Translations under genes and position numbers: made by a program
Shown: piece after piece, positions 47,413 through 56,147 of the stretch
Layout of the letters: every line of letters starts with the position of its first letter
Position numbering within the stretch: the stretch's first letter is position 1
The notes under the pieces: model-generated
Databases searched by the model: none
The model's input: the letters and a program-made list of their open reading frames with translations, nothing else
Told to the model about the DNA's origin: nothing
From: a virus
Taxonomy: Duplodnaviria > Caudoviricetes
Reading direction: 5' to 3' (one strand)
Length of the DNA: 62,457 nucleotides
Virus record (IMG/VR): IMGVR_UViG_3300021468_000003
Span: 1-62,457 of that record

Positions 47413-48354
47413 TTAGTAAACCCACCCCCTTTCCTCAGGCATAATCATCCTTTCATGCCCCAAGTGTGCCACGGGGTAAACTGGGTCTGTCGGCAATCCA
47501 GCGATCGTCCGCCCTACATACCACCAGTCGGCGAGAAAGTGCTTCATTATCGCTCGCATAGCTGCGCTGTGACGGTGCGAAGGCTTCGTCTCACACCAAG
47601 GCTTCTCTATGAGCTTCCCCTGAGTGTTTCTTGTTTTGACGATGCGACGGCTGTTCTCAAGCCGCTTCTTCACCCTGTCGTAGACCTTGCGGTAGGGCCC
47701 TCGGCTCTTGACTTGGGAGTCTGCGAGAGTGTAGAGGGCTGTCCGGAGGGTCTTGTTTCCGCCGGAGGCTTCGCCTTTCGTGTACCTCTCGTGGGAGGCG
47801 CAGTGGAGTCCAGTGTACTTCCACAAGGAAGACGCATGTTTCGCTTTTTCAAGCCGGATGTACACTAAGCAGAAGGCAACCGTCATAGGCCCTACGCCTC
47901 GCACCCCAAGAGCAGCTTTCGCCAACGGGGAGTCGATGGACTTCACGAACTTCTCCACAGCCCGACTCCTCTCCCTCAACTTCAACTCGACCCCTCGGAG
48001 CTGGGCCTCGAGCCAGGCGACAGTGTCGGGGTTGAGGGAGTCGGTTTGGCGCTTGTAAGCGAGTAGCTGGTTTGCGAACTTGTTGCGCAACTTCAGGATC
48101 TGCTGGCGGTCGTCAACCAGGCGTTTTAGTTCGTCGAGGTCGGCAGGGCGGATGACAAGGTTGCCGTGACGCTGCATGTGGGCAACGGGGTGGACAACCC
48201 TGGTGTTTTCGTCTGTGTAGGTTCCACCTTGTGCTTTTGGAGTAATGCGGTCGGTGTCGAAGAGAGCTGTCCACTCCTCTAGCAAGACGTTTGAGAGGGC
48301 ACATTCGCCGTTTTGCCGCTCTTTGATTTTCTTCTTGAGAGCCTCTTTTGCCAT
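47413..48354 (-). CDS. tasH: TasH-like protein: degenerate HNH plus IS110-C-terminal/Nop-like RNA-binding domain
   Basis: DRITPKAQGG...EN...H..AH HNH-like N-terminus; coiled coil; GVRGVGP, SSLWKYTGL, GNKTLRTAL, AAMR..MKHFL; no DEDD RuvC; adjacent array. Confidence 0.8.
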   Translation of the reverse strand: MAKEALKKKIKERQNGECALSNVLLEEWTALFDTDRITPKAQGGTYTDENTRVVHPVAHMQRHGNLVIRPADLDELKRLVDDRQQILKLRNKFANQLLAYKRQTDSLNPDTVAWLEAQLRGVELKLRERSRAVEKFVKSIDSPLAKAALGVRGVGPMTVAFCLVYIRLEKAKHASSLWKYTGLHCASHERYTKGEASGGNKTLRTALYTLADSQVKSRGPYRKVYDRVKKRLENSRRIVKTRNTQGKLIEKPWCETKPSHRHSAAMRAIMKHFLADWWYVGRTIAGLPTDPVYPVAHLGHERMIMPEERGWVY

Positions 48355-48366
48355 GACTTCTCCTTT

Positions 48367-50196
48367 CTAGTACCTGATGATAAGGTTGCCTGAACGCTCC
48401 ACCTCGATGGCGTCCATCACTTTAAGGAAGGTCGCTTTCCCAAGGACGTTCTGGGCCACCTTTTGCTTTGCGAGGATGTCCTCCCTCGTGCAGATGCCCA
48501 TTTTCCAGAGAGACTCCGCCCTCTTTCTCCCAATTCCTGGCAACCTGACGAGATCAATGAGCTTCGCAGGAACGCCGGACTTAAGCATCATCTCTAGCAC
48601 CTCCGTGTACTCTTTGTTGAGGCCCGCAATCCGCAGGGCGGCGCAAATCCGCTCTACATCGGCGAGGAACCCGAAGACCACGGTGGAGACGAAGTCCGTG
48701 ACGGGCTTTCCTGAAAGCCAGTGGTAGATTGCGGTTGCGAGGATTGTCTGCGCTCCGTAGGGGAGTTTGATGACGTCCTTGAGGGTGTCAGGGATGAAGG
48801 TGTCGTACGCCAGCGAAGGGATGTTGGCGAATGCTTTTGCAATGAGGGTTGGGGCAGTTGGCTTCGAGCTCAAGTTTGCCTTCAGGTGGTACAGGTCTAT
48901 GGGGTCCACGTACATGAGGGCAGCGGCTCGGCCCACAGAAGAGACTGTGGGGAAGTCCTTAGGCCCACGGACGATCCCGTATTTGCGCAGGAGCTCCATT
49001 GCCTCAGCGGGGGCATCCCCAAGCAGATCCTGGTGGGCCGCAAGAGTGGAGTCGAGGAAGTTGGAGATGTCATGCGCATCCATCCCCTCACGGGCGATAA
49101 ACGACACAAGGTGGAAGTATATCCTCCTCGGGAGGACGCTCTTCACCTCTGGCACGTTCATTACCTCTTCACGCATCTTCTCAAAGTACCAGTCCATGAA
49201 GATGTAGTAGACCACGCCCTTCTCACTGAGGCCGTATCTGCCGATTCTCCCTGCCTCTTGTTTGATGTCAGCTGGGTCGACGAGGGTGGGGCCTCGGTGG
49301 CCGCCCACAATGACGCCCACGTCTGCCGGCAAGTTGACACCGTACGCTAGGGTGGAGGTTGAGACCATCACCCGCAAGCGGCGCTCCCTGAAGGCCTCCT
49401 CGTAGGATGCTCGCTTCTCCTTCGGCACCTTACTGTAGTGAAAGGGGCAGTCCAGCACCTCTGCGAGCCTCCTTCCCGTTCCTATGGAGTGGACGAAGAT
49501 GAGGAACTGGGAGCCTGGATGGCGGTTGAGGATGCGAGCTATCTCCTCAGTCGCCTTTGCCAAGAAGCCCCAGTTCGTATCCGGCGCTCGGATGAAGTGA
49601 TGCTCCTGGATGACGGGGCGCCAGTCTGTTTTGACGACTCTCGTGGGCTTGGAGTTGAGACGTGTGAGCCAGGAGCCGAGCTCATCTGCGTTTGGGATTG
49701 TTGCGGAGAGGAAGATGATGCGGGCCTCAGGGTTGATTTGGGCGAATCTCGTTAGGCCGATCTCAAAGGCGTCCCCTCGTCCATACATGGAGAGCATGTG
49801 CGATTCGTCGCTGACGAGGGTGCCGATGGAGCGGAGCCAGCGCCTCGCTCCTCTCGTCTTCGAGTCCAAACACTCCGTGGTCATGAGAATGAGCTGCTCA
49901 TTGACAGTGACGCCTGGGCGGGAGTGATCACTTGTGAAGGCGACTCGCTTGTAAGGGACGTCTGCCCAGGAGTGGAGTTTTTCGTTTGTGAGGGCTTTCA
50001 GGGGGCTAAGGTAGAGGGCCTTGCGCCCGCCCTCGAGGGTGGGGAGCATGAACTGCTCAGCGACGATTGTCTTCCCGCTTGAGGTAGGAGCAAGGACTAC
50101 GAGGTTGCAGTTCTCCTCTACAAAGGGCCACGTTAGGCGCTGCAGTGGGTTGTAGGTCAGGCCTTTTGCTTTATGATAGTTAAGCATCTCGTTCAT
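48367..50196 (-). CDS. Ski2/Hel308-like SF2 DExH helicase
   Basis: APTSSGKT, PLKAL, DESH, SAT, WRPV, TSTLAYGVNLPA, QEAGRIGR; C-terminal HhH LPGIGRKRA. Confidence 0.9.
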   Translation of the reverse strand: MNEMLNYHKAKGLTYNPLQRLTWPFVEENCNLVVLAPTSSGKTIVAEQFMLPTLEGGRKALYLSPLKALTNEKLHSWADVPYKRVAFTSDHSRPGVTVNEQLILMTTECLDSKTRGARRWLRSIGTLVSDESHMLSMYGRGDAFEIGLTRFAQINPEARIIFLSATIPNADELGSWLTRLNSKPTRVVKTDWRPVIQEHHFIRAPDTNWGFLAKATEEIARILNRHPGSQFLIFVHSIGTGRRLAEVLDCPFHYSKVPKEKRASYEEAFRERRLRVMVSTSTLAYGVNLPADVGVIVGGHRGPTLVDPADIKQEAGRIGRYGLSEKGVVYYIFMDWYFEKMREEVMNVPEVKSVLPRRIYFHLVSFIAREGMDAHDISNFLDSTLAAHQDLLGDAPAEAMELLRKYGIVRGPKDFPTVSSVGRAAALMYVDPIDLYHLKANLSSKPTAPTLIAKAFANIPSLAYDTFIPDTLKDVIKLPYGAQTILATAIYHWLSGKPVTDFVSTVVFGFLADVERICAALRIAGLNKEYTEVLEMMLKSGVPAKLIDLVRLPGIGRKRAESLWKMGICTREDILAKQKVAQNVLGKATFLKVMDAIEVERSGNLIIRY

Positions 50197-50378
50197 TTAT
50201 CCCTCCAAGCAGGTTCGTAGCAAGAAGATGGCATCTTCAATCACTCTCACAGCAATATGGTCAGCTATGACCTGATTGACGTCCATCTTTCCTTCATTAT
50301 TCCACTCAAGCATTTCTTCGTAAACAGCTTGTCTTAGGCTTTCTCTTATGTAGGAAACCTCGCTCATTTGTGTTCCTC

Positions 50379-50633
50379 CTACCAAATAACAAGTTGATCT
50401 ATGGTGAAGACCCTGCAATAGTATCGTTGTTGAAGCAACTCTATATAGTCCAGCAGGTCTTCTCTGTCGAGTCGTCTAAGGCCCTTCTCTACGAGAATCG
50501 TTGCGCCTTTTACGCCACGCAGCTTCTCCAGACCCGTCACATACCTCCATCTCTCCCGTGGGATGCCTAGCTTCCCTGTAAGGAAGTGGGCTCTCTCAAG
50601 AGAGGACGCCACAACGAAAATATAAGGGTTCAT
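50379..50633 (-). CDS. Hypothetical protein
   Basis: AGGAGG RBS. Confidence 0.6.
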   Translation of the reverse strand: MNPYIFVVASSLERAHFLTGKLGIPRERWRYVTGLEKLRGVKGATILVEKGLRRLDREDLLDYIELLQQRYYCRVFTIDQLVIW

Positions 50634-50644
50634 GCGTTCCTCCT

Positions 50645-50670
50645 AGCAATTTGTTCACAAACATTTTGCT
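50645..50670. promoter_or_regulatory. 26-bp palindromic motif, copy 5
   Basis: AGCAATTTG-ttcacaaa-CATTTTGCT abutting the RBS of the 50633 gene. Confidence 0.6.
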
Positions 50671-51170
50671 CAGGTGTACAACTCCACCTCCATGAGGACG
50701 TCCTCTGGAGAGTAGTTGCCGCTTTCAGCCATTTCTCGCACCTTTCTCTTCACCCTCCTCCACCAGTGGTCGGCCCGAGTATAGGGGATGCCCATCACAT
50801 CTGCTGCGTCTCGGACGCACCCCTTCTCGAAGAGGATGCGAGTGAAGCGGCGAGTCGGGCCCCACTCCTTAGGGAGAGCGACAACGAAGGTCTCGGGTGG
50901 GTGCCTCTCCTCTCCGGCGACATTCTCCACAGCTTCAGCATCGTACTCCACAAGGGAGTCGGCCTTGTACCGCCTTGCGAGGTCGATCATCCGGTTGCGG
51001 AAGGCAAAGAAGAGAAGCTGCTTGCTCACATACATGCCTCTGGCTTCGAGCTCCATCCACTTAAGCATGCACTCCTGCACTCTGTCTTCAAAGGAGAGCT
51101 GCCACAGGTTCGAGAAGGAGTTGGCGACCCGCTCGGCTATGGCGACTACTTGTTCATAGGGAACTGCCAT
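50670..51170 (-). CDS. ECF-like sigma factor
   Basis: EDRVQE...FRNRMIDLARR (region 2) and C-terminal HTH (RDAADVMGIP). Confidence 0.65.
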   Translation of the reverse strand: MAVPYEQVVAIAERVANSFSNLWQLSFEDRVQECMLKWMELEARGMYVSKQLLFFAFRNRMIDLARRYKADSLVEYDAEAVENVAGEERHPPETFVVALPKEWGPTRRFTRILFEKGCVRDAADVMGIPYTRADHWWRRVKRKVREMAESGNYSPEDVLMEVELYT

Positions 51171-51420
51171 TGAATGCCTCCTCTGAAGGGGTTACAGTTC
51201 TTGCCTCCTTCCTGCTGTGATAAAGAAATTCCTCAGTTGACTCAAGTAGTGAGACGATCTCCCTGATAACATACAAAGTAGAAAATCTCCACTTTGCAAT
51301 GTCGACCTCAGTCAGAAATTCTACAGGATTTTGCACAATGTTGGCGCACTCACTCACCTGACGCCCCTTCTCCTTCCATCTGTCAAACAAAACTTTCCTC
51401 GGGTCTACTTTGGCTTCCAC
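51154..51420 (-). CDS. Hypothetical protein
   Basis: Packed in the operon. Confidence 0.5.
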   Translation of the reverse strand: MEAKVDPRKVLFDRWKEKGRQVSECANIVQNPVEFLTEVDIAKWRFSTLYVIREIVSLLESTEEFLYHSRKEARTVTPSEEAFNGSSL

Positions 51421-51601
51421 GGCTTCACCTCCTTCTCACGGGCTATCCACCTTGCTTCTTGGTCAATGTCAATGCCTGGTCGGAGTTCTACAACAACGCA
51501 GTTCTCCGGTGCCCAGGCAAGGGCCTCGGCCTTCCGCTTGAAGATGCGGGTTGCCAGCGTCGAGACGTTACCGTCGCCTTGTGGGGTTTCAAAGAGAAAG
51601 A

Positions 51602-51940
51602 CTACGCACCACATCCAAACACCTCCCTCAAGTTCTCACAGAGCCAAGCTGCAAACTCTTTTTCATCTCTAAAGTAATGAAGCTCATACCCAAGCTGGGC
51701 CTCTTTCTGTAGAGAAGTCATCAATTCATCTTTATCTGTGGCAGAAAACGCTATCGCACTTGGACCAAAGTGTAGAGGAGTCCACTCCCAAATAGTCTCT
51801 CCAGTTCTTTGTTTGAGGAAGTGTATCCTGCTACCCCCTGACCTATAGAGTTTCACGATAACAGCCTGATAAATGCTAGGGTCAAGCAGCTCCTTCAGTT
51901 CCTCAAACGCTATGCTTTCATCTTTATCTACGATTCGCAT
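51602..51940 (-). CDS. Hypothetical protein
   Basis: GGAGG RBS. Confidence 0.6.
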   Translation of the reverse strand: MRIVDKDESIAFEELKELLDPSIYQAVIVKLYRSGGSRIHFLKQRTGETIWEWTPLHFGPSAIAFSATDKDELMTSLQKEAQLGYELHYFRDEKEFAAWLCENLREVFGCGA

Positions 51941-52191
51941 CTACAAACCTCCGTCAACCTATCTATAAGTTCATAAGCGCTCTTCCTGTAGGCGAAGAGC
52001 CCGTACTCTCCGCAGGCAACGAACCCCTCACCACCGGCCATCTTCACTGCAACCGCATATCTCCCCTCCACGGGCGGGTACTTAGCTTCCGCCTCGTATA
52101 CATAGGCATGGGCCACCTCCCCTCGGCGGAGGCAAGCCTTAGTCACATAGTGCTCCTCGCCCTTTCGGGCGATCACGTACAAACTAATCAT
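51928..52191 (-). CDS. Hypothetical protein
   Basis: AGGAGG RBS. Confidence 0.6.
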   Translation of the reverse strand: MISLYVIARKGEEHYVTKACLRRGEVAHAYVYEAEAKYPPVEGRYAVAVKMAGGEGFVACGEYGLFAYRKSAYELIDRLTEVCRCES

Positions 52192-52203
52192 CTTTTCCTC
52201 CTT

Positions 52204-52980
52204 TCACACTCTAGCTAGGTAGCTCCAATCAGTCGTCATTACCTTTGCTATCATCATCTCCATCCCTTCGGAGAAGGACTCCGCCACTGAGCGTTTGCGC
52301 CCCCAGAGGGCCTCCTTCGACCGGCTAACAACTGCACGCTTCAAGTTAAAATCGGTGATTCCGCAGGAAGAGCAGACCTCAACAACTGCCTCTTCGAGCT
52401 CTGCCACCTTCTTTCCACGCCTCCTCCTCTCTTCGACGGCCTCCTCCAAAGGGGCGTCCACGAAGTCCTTATCAAGCAGTTTTACTACCGTCTCGACGAG
52501 GGACGGCGACTTTAGGTTGTACTCCATGAAGGAGAAGGCGATTGTCAGGAGGTAGGACTCGTATCCGCAGGAGCGGGCAAGCTCCTTTTCCTCCATACTC
52601 GGCACCTCTGCGAGCTTGTGCATGTAGAGGTTGTAGAGCTTCGTTGCCTTGTCCTTGATGTTGTCCCCTTTTTCGATGTTGAAGATGATGGGGAGCTCCC
52701 TCACCCAGCGAGGGGCGACGATGCAAGGGACTTCGACGTCCCCTCCCTTAGACTTGTGCAAGCCAGCAAGGCGGTGTTGACCGTCCACAACCTCGAAGGT
52801 GCCATCCTCCCCAGGGACGACAAGCAGGGGGATGAGGAAGCCGTAGAAGATGCTCCCGCTTAGCTTGTTCACCAGCGTCACTGACAAGTTTCGCTGGAAG
52901 GGCGAGTTCTTGAGTAAGTGCCTCGGGATGAGGCGAAATTCCAGTTCTACGCCTTGCCTGGGTTCTTTAAACTTCATCAT
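52204..52980 (-). CDS. ParB/Srx-like domain protein
   Basis: PFQR...GFLIPLLVV...EVVDGQHRL. Confidence 0.75.
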   Translation of the reverse strand: MMKFKEPRQGVELEFRLIPRHLLKNSPFQRNLSVTLVNKLSGSIFYGFLIPLLVVPGEDGTFEVVDGQHRLAGLHKSKGGDVEVPCIVAPRWVRELPIIFNIEKGDNIKDKATKLYNLYMHKLAEVPSMEEKELARSCGYESYLLTIAFSFMEYNLKSPSLVETVVKLLDKDFVDAPLEEAVEERRRRGKKVAELEEAVVEVCSSCGITDFNLKRAVVSRSKEALWGRKRSVAESFSEGMEMMIAKVMTTDWSYLARV

Positions 52981-53173
52981 CACCTCCCGTTATTCTGTCA
53001 AAACATTCCTCACAAAGGCCACTTATCAGATACTCTCTGCGACCAGCTTCAGAGTAGCAATGGTCAAGCGCAGGCCTTCCGCATTGGATACATACTCCCG
53101 CAGCTATTGCTTCCCTTCGAGATTGTCCGAAAATCTCCTCACTTAGTTTTTCCTTTAGATCGTTGAACTTCAT
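52967..53173 (-). CDS. Zn-finger small protein
   Basis: CIQC...EYLISGLCEECFD. Confidence 0.65.
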   Translation of the reverse strand: MKFNDLKEKLSEEIFGQSRREAIAAGVCIQCGRPALDHCYSEAGRREYLISGLCEECFDRITGGDDEV

Positions 53174-53558
53174 CTTTTACCTCCTTCCAAAGAGAGGGTA
53201 AATTCCTTTCTCCTATAGGTCGAGCTAAGAGAATCTTCTCTGCAACGCACCTAAGCTGTTGGTAAAGTGAACCCTCCATCCAACAGATGCCGTGCCTCTC
53301 TCCATATTCACAATAAGCACATTCAACGCCCCTACAAACTTTGATATGAATACACCAGGGGCAGATCGAGGAGTCGATGGGAAGGGGTGCCCCCGACCTT
53401 CCTTCCATCATTCCGTTAATAGAATTGAATACCATTTTTACGTCATACTCATCCCACTCCTCAAGCTCCCTCTTGTCTTCCTCTGTGAAATACGCAGGAC
53501 AGTTGAGGAGCTCGGCCTTCTTTTCCATCCACCTTATTAGTACCTTTCGTTCATACAT
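53139..53558 (-). CDS. Cys-rich paralogue family A, member 1
   Basis: KKAE...YFTEED..EL..W...DSSICPWC...C..C.YGERHG.C. Confidence 0.75.
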   Translation of the reverse strand: MYERKVLIRWMEKKAELLNCPAYFTEEDKRELEEWDEYDVKMVFNSINGMMEGRSGAPLPIDSSICPWCIHIKVCRGVECAYCEYGERHGICWMEGSLYQQLRCVAEKILLARPIGERNLPSLWKEVKDEVQRSKGKTK

Positions 53559-53561
53559 GCT

Positions 53562-53858
53562 TCATTCCTCCTTCCCAGGCATGGGAGTGTCCCCCATCAC
53601 CTGTTTCCATAGACGCTCGAGGGAGGCCTTGCTTTTCTTCCTCTTGCGAGCAGGCGTCATCTTCACCGGCATCCTCACATCATTCTCCCGCATGAAGAGC
53701 TTCTTCTCCAAGGCCAGCCTGCGCTCTTCGAGGGAGCGAACGACTGTCCACCAGCGGAGAGAGCGGCGGCGCAAAACCCCTATGTGGACGTCCAGCGCCT
53801 TAGCCTTGGCTCGAAGCCTTACTTCTTTGCGCCGCAACCTCTTTATCTCATCTCTCAT
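53562..53858 (-). CDS. Basic coiled-coil hypothetical protein
   Basis: RBS; ATGA overlap. Confidence 0.55.
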   Translation of the reverse strand: MRDEIKRLRRKEVRLRAKAKALDVHIGVLRRRSLRWWTVVRSLEERRLALEKKLFMRENDVRMPVKMTPARKRKKSKASLERLWKQVMGDTPMPGKEE

Positions 53859-54142
53859 TTCTTTCCTCCAAGCATTGCCTCAGCAAAGGACTCGATCACG
53901 TTCTTTCCCTCTGCTGCCATCCCGCTTACAATGAATGTGCGGATGACTGTAGTGAAGAGTTTGAGGATGTCAGCGTCCTCCCTCAGGACGCCCAGCTCCC
54001 TTAACTTCTCCAACTGCGTCGTAAACCCTGCGAGCAGACTTGCAGGGACGGGAACGGGGACTTCTACAAACGGGCCCTCTGCCCAGTCCTTTGGCTTCGA
54101 TGAGGCCATGAAGACCCCTTGAAGAAATGTTGCGCTGTCCAT
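53855..54142 (-). CDS. Hypothetical protein
   Basis: AGGAGG RBS before MDSAT. Confidence 0.6.
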   Translation of the reverse strand: MDSATFLQGVFMASSKPKDWAEGPFVEVPVPVPASLLAGFTTQLEKLRELGVLREDADILKLFTTVIRTFIVSGMAAEGKNVIESFAEAMLGGKK

Positions 54143-54153
54143 TTTCTCCTCCT

Positions 54154-54357
54154 TTACACGATTATTCTTGATTCGCCGGTCTTGTGGACCTCGCCAGTGA
54201 GAGGAGCTCCGCATTTGCAGTACCCAAGGTTGATGACGGCGTTGTCTACTTTCCACAACTCCTCCCCCAAGACCCAACCTTCGAAGTTGAAGATGAGGCC
54301 CTCGTAAACGGCTTTCGTCTCTTCACACCTAGGGCAGAACACGACTAAGTAGGCCAT
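54154..54357 (-). CDS. Zn-ribbon hypothetical protein
   Basis: CPRC...CKCG. Confidence 0.6.
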   Translation of the reverse strand: MAYLVVFCPRCEETKAVYEGLIFNFEGWVLGEELWKVDNAVINLGYCKCGAPLTGEVHKTGESRIIV

Positions 54358-54358
54358 T

Positions 54359-54871
54359 CTACACCTCCCCTTCTGCTGCGTTTCTGAACCACTGGTACTT
54401 TTCCTTGTATGCCTCCCAAGTGTCGTCAGTCACGAACTTCTGGATGGGGGAGTCTGGAGGAAAAATGAAGAACCTTCTGACTACGACATCCTGCCCTACC
54501 ATCATCACATCGCTCCCTTTGAAGACAACAGGAACTATGCCTCCTTGGACTACGACCTTCAGTTCCTCTCTGGCCCTATAAAAAGGGAAGATGTGTATCC
54601 CCAGACTCATGTCTATTTGCTTGAAGATCCAGTCCTCCAACCCAGGCAGTTCCCTGACACAAAGACCAAGTTCCACGTCCTGCCGCTTCACTGGCGCAGA
54701 AACTTCTACAACGCCACTCCACGTAAGGAGGGAGCAAAGTTTCAAAGTGTACTTGGAGTTGTAAAAGTACGAGTAAACGCCATTTTCCTTGAAGAAGAAT
54801 TCTTTGTACCCGACAAGGAGGTCATGCTCTACCTTGCCGAAGACGCCGTGACAATAGATTTTTAAGCACAT
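54359..54871 (-). CDS. Paralogue family B, member 1 (MCLKI...)
   Basis: Similar to the 56128-56655 product. Confidence 0.7.
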   Translation of the reverse strand: MCLKIYCHGVFGKVEHDLLVGYKEFFFKENGVYSYFYNSKYTLKLCSLLTWSGVVEVSAPVKRQDVELGLCVRELPGLEDWIFKQIDMSLGIHIFPFYRAREELKVVVQGGIVPVVFKGSDVMMVGQDVVVRRFFIFPPDSPIQKFVTDDTWEAYKEKYQWFRNAAEGEV

Positions 54872-54882
54872 TTTTACCTCCT

Positions 54883-55215
54883 TCACAAAGCATATCCACT
54901 CACTCTAAATTTCTCTATCCCCCAAATCGCATTGAAGAATATTGTTTCACCCCAAAAGTGACGTTCACTCTCCACCAGGATTTTTGCTCTCCGGCAGGGC
55001 CAACCAGTCCACTGCTCACCTAGAACACTGGCATACACCCTAAACCTTTCCGTCTCAGGGACTACTGCATCAAACAGGAACTGCTCTTCGCCGCCAACGT
55101 CAACAGCCCACTTCACTTTGAGATAGGACCTCCCTGACCATGAGACCTTGGGCTCTACGTCTACTACCTTCGCACTAAACCAAGCTGGTTTCTTCACGAC
55201 TTCTAATGGTTCCAT
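54883..55215 (-). CDS. Degenerate DUF669/SSB-like protein
   Basis: AKVVDVE...SGRSYLKVKW...LFD resembles the 44063-44428 product. Confidence 0.5.
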   Translation of the reverse strand: MEPLEVVKKPAWFSAKVVDVEPKVSWSGRSYLKVKWAVDVGGEEQFLFDAVVPETERFRVYASVLGEQWTGWPCRRAKILVESERHFWGETIFFNAIWGIEKFRVSGYAL

Positions 55216-55218
55216 TTT

Positions 55219-55461
55219 TCACCTCCTCGTCCTCACCAACTTTCCTCCTACACACTCCCCCTTCTCATTGAAAGTATCCACGGAAAGGATGAGGTTCTCC
55301 CCGTCGGAGGAGCCCTCGATCCTGCAAGCGAGGAAGCTCTTCCCCTCACTTCGTTGATAGATGTTCAGAAGGAAGCCTCCGTCCTTCCCCTTCGGGCCAA
55401 ACGTTACCAGGGACTTGCGCCCGTCCACGTGGGCTTTTGCCCACCAGTTTCTCGTCGCCAT
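55219..55461 (-). CDS. Hypothetical protein
   Basis: RBS; RNWW...DGRKS...GPKGKDGG. Confidence 0.65.
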   Translation of the reverse strand: MATRNWWAKAHVDGRKSLVTFGPKGKDGGFLLNIYQRSEGKSFLACRIEGSSDGENLILSVDTFNEKGECVGGKLVRTRR

Positions 55462-55473
55462 ACATGCCTCCTT

Positions 55474-55680
55474 TCACTCTATGACCCTGACTACGACGCC
55501 ACCCTTCACCTCTACTTTCGCATACCAGCGGTGGGGCTGTGGGTAGTGAGGGCCTTCAACAAATTCTATCCCATCTGTCGTGGGAGGAAACGGGCCAGGG
55601 CTCCAGACCTCCACCCGCTCCCCCTTCTTCACGGCTTCCCTTAACGCTTTCTTCGACTTGAAATTAGGTCTCACGTACAT
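55474..55680 (-). CDS. Hypothetical protein
   Basis: FKSKKALREAV...EGPHYPQPHRWYA. Confidence 0.7.
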   Translation of the reverse strand: MYVRPNFKSKKALREAVKKGERVEVWSPGPFPPTTDGIEFVEGPHYPQPHRWYAKVEVKGGVVVRVIE

Positions 55681-55909
55681 TTTCCACCTCCAACCGGATT
55701 TCACCGTCTTCCTTCAAGTGTACCTCAGCCTTTCTGGTGCCGAGGTAACAAAAGAATTGTCCGTAGCATGTGCCTACGAAGACTCCATCCATGAGGATAA
55801 CGAGTCTGTACCCGTGGCACACAGTTGCCTCAACCCTGCTGTTTGGGTCGTAAAGAAGCATTTTGTCTCTATCAAAGATAAGAGTTGCGTCCATCTCTTC
55901 AAACTTCAT
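55664..55909 (-). CDS. Paralogue family C, member 1
   Basis: Similar to the adjacent 55899-56147 product. Confidence 0.6.
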   Translation of the reverse strand: MKFEEMDATLIFDRDKMLLYDPNSRVEATVCHGYRLVILMDGVFVGTCYGQFFCYLGTRKAEVHLKEDGEIRLEVENVRET

Positions 55910-56147
55910 TTCCTACCTCCTTTACCTCGACGAGAGCCCCGTCCTCGATGAGCTTGATCTCGACCTCCCGAAGGAACAGCGCCAGGTAATAGCACCCACC
56001 AAACACCGAGCCTATCCGTTGCCCGTAGTGCGAAAGGAAGAGCGCCTTTGGATGGGCGACTGTTGCACTCACTCCTCCATAGTTAAGAGTCAGTTTTTTG
56101 TTGTCGTAAATAAGGATACCGTCTCCTTTAAACTTCACCTCGACCAC
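55899..56147 (-). CDS. Paralogue family C, member 2
   Basis: LIYD.KKL...V.ATV.H...EDG shared with 55664-55909. Confidence 0.6.
   Translation of the reverse strand: MVEVKFKGDGILIYDNKKLTLNYGGVSATVAHPKALFLSHYGQRIGSVFGGCYYLALFLREVEIKLIEDGALVEVKEVGNEV

Noticed and set aside
47413-48354. IS110-family transposase / insertion sequence
   Set aside because: Only the C-terminal Nop-like half is present; the DEDD RuvC domain is replaced by an HNH-like region; the gene is operon-embedded and followed by a dual-spacer array
9813-50196. Archaeal host
   Set aside because: Despite the Hel308-like helicase, the peptidoglycan hydrolases, sigma-like factor, sigma70 promoter and PolA indicate a bacterial host
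56070-56085. 14/16 self-match of the guide at 46969-47004 (predicted target CATTCCTCCATAGTGA)
   Set aside because: A single hit within a coding region, at a level expected by chance across 14 guides
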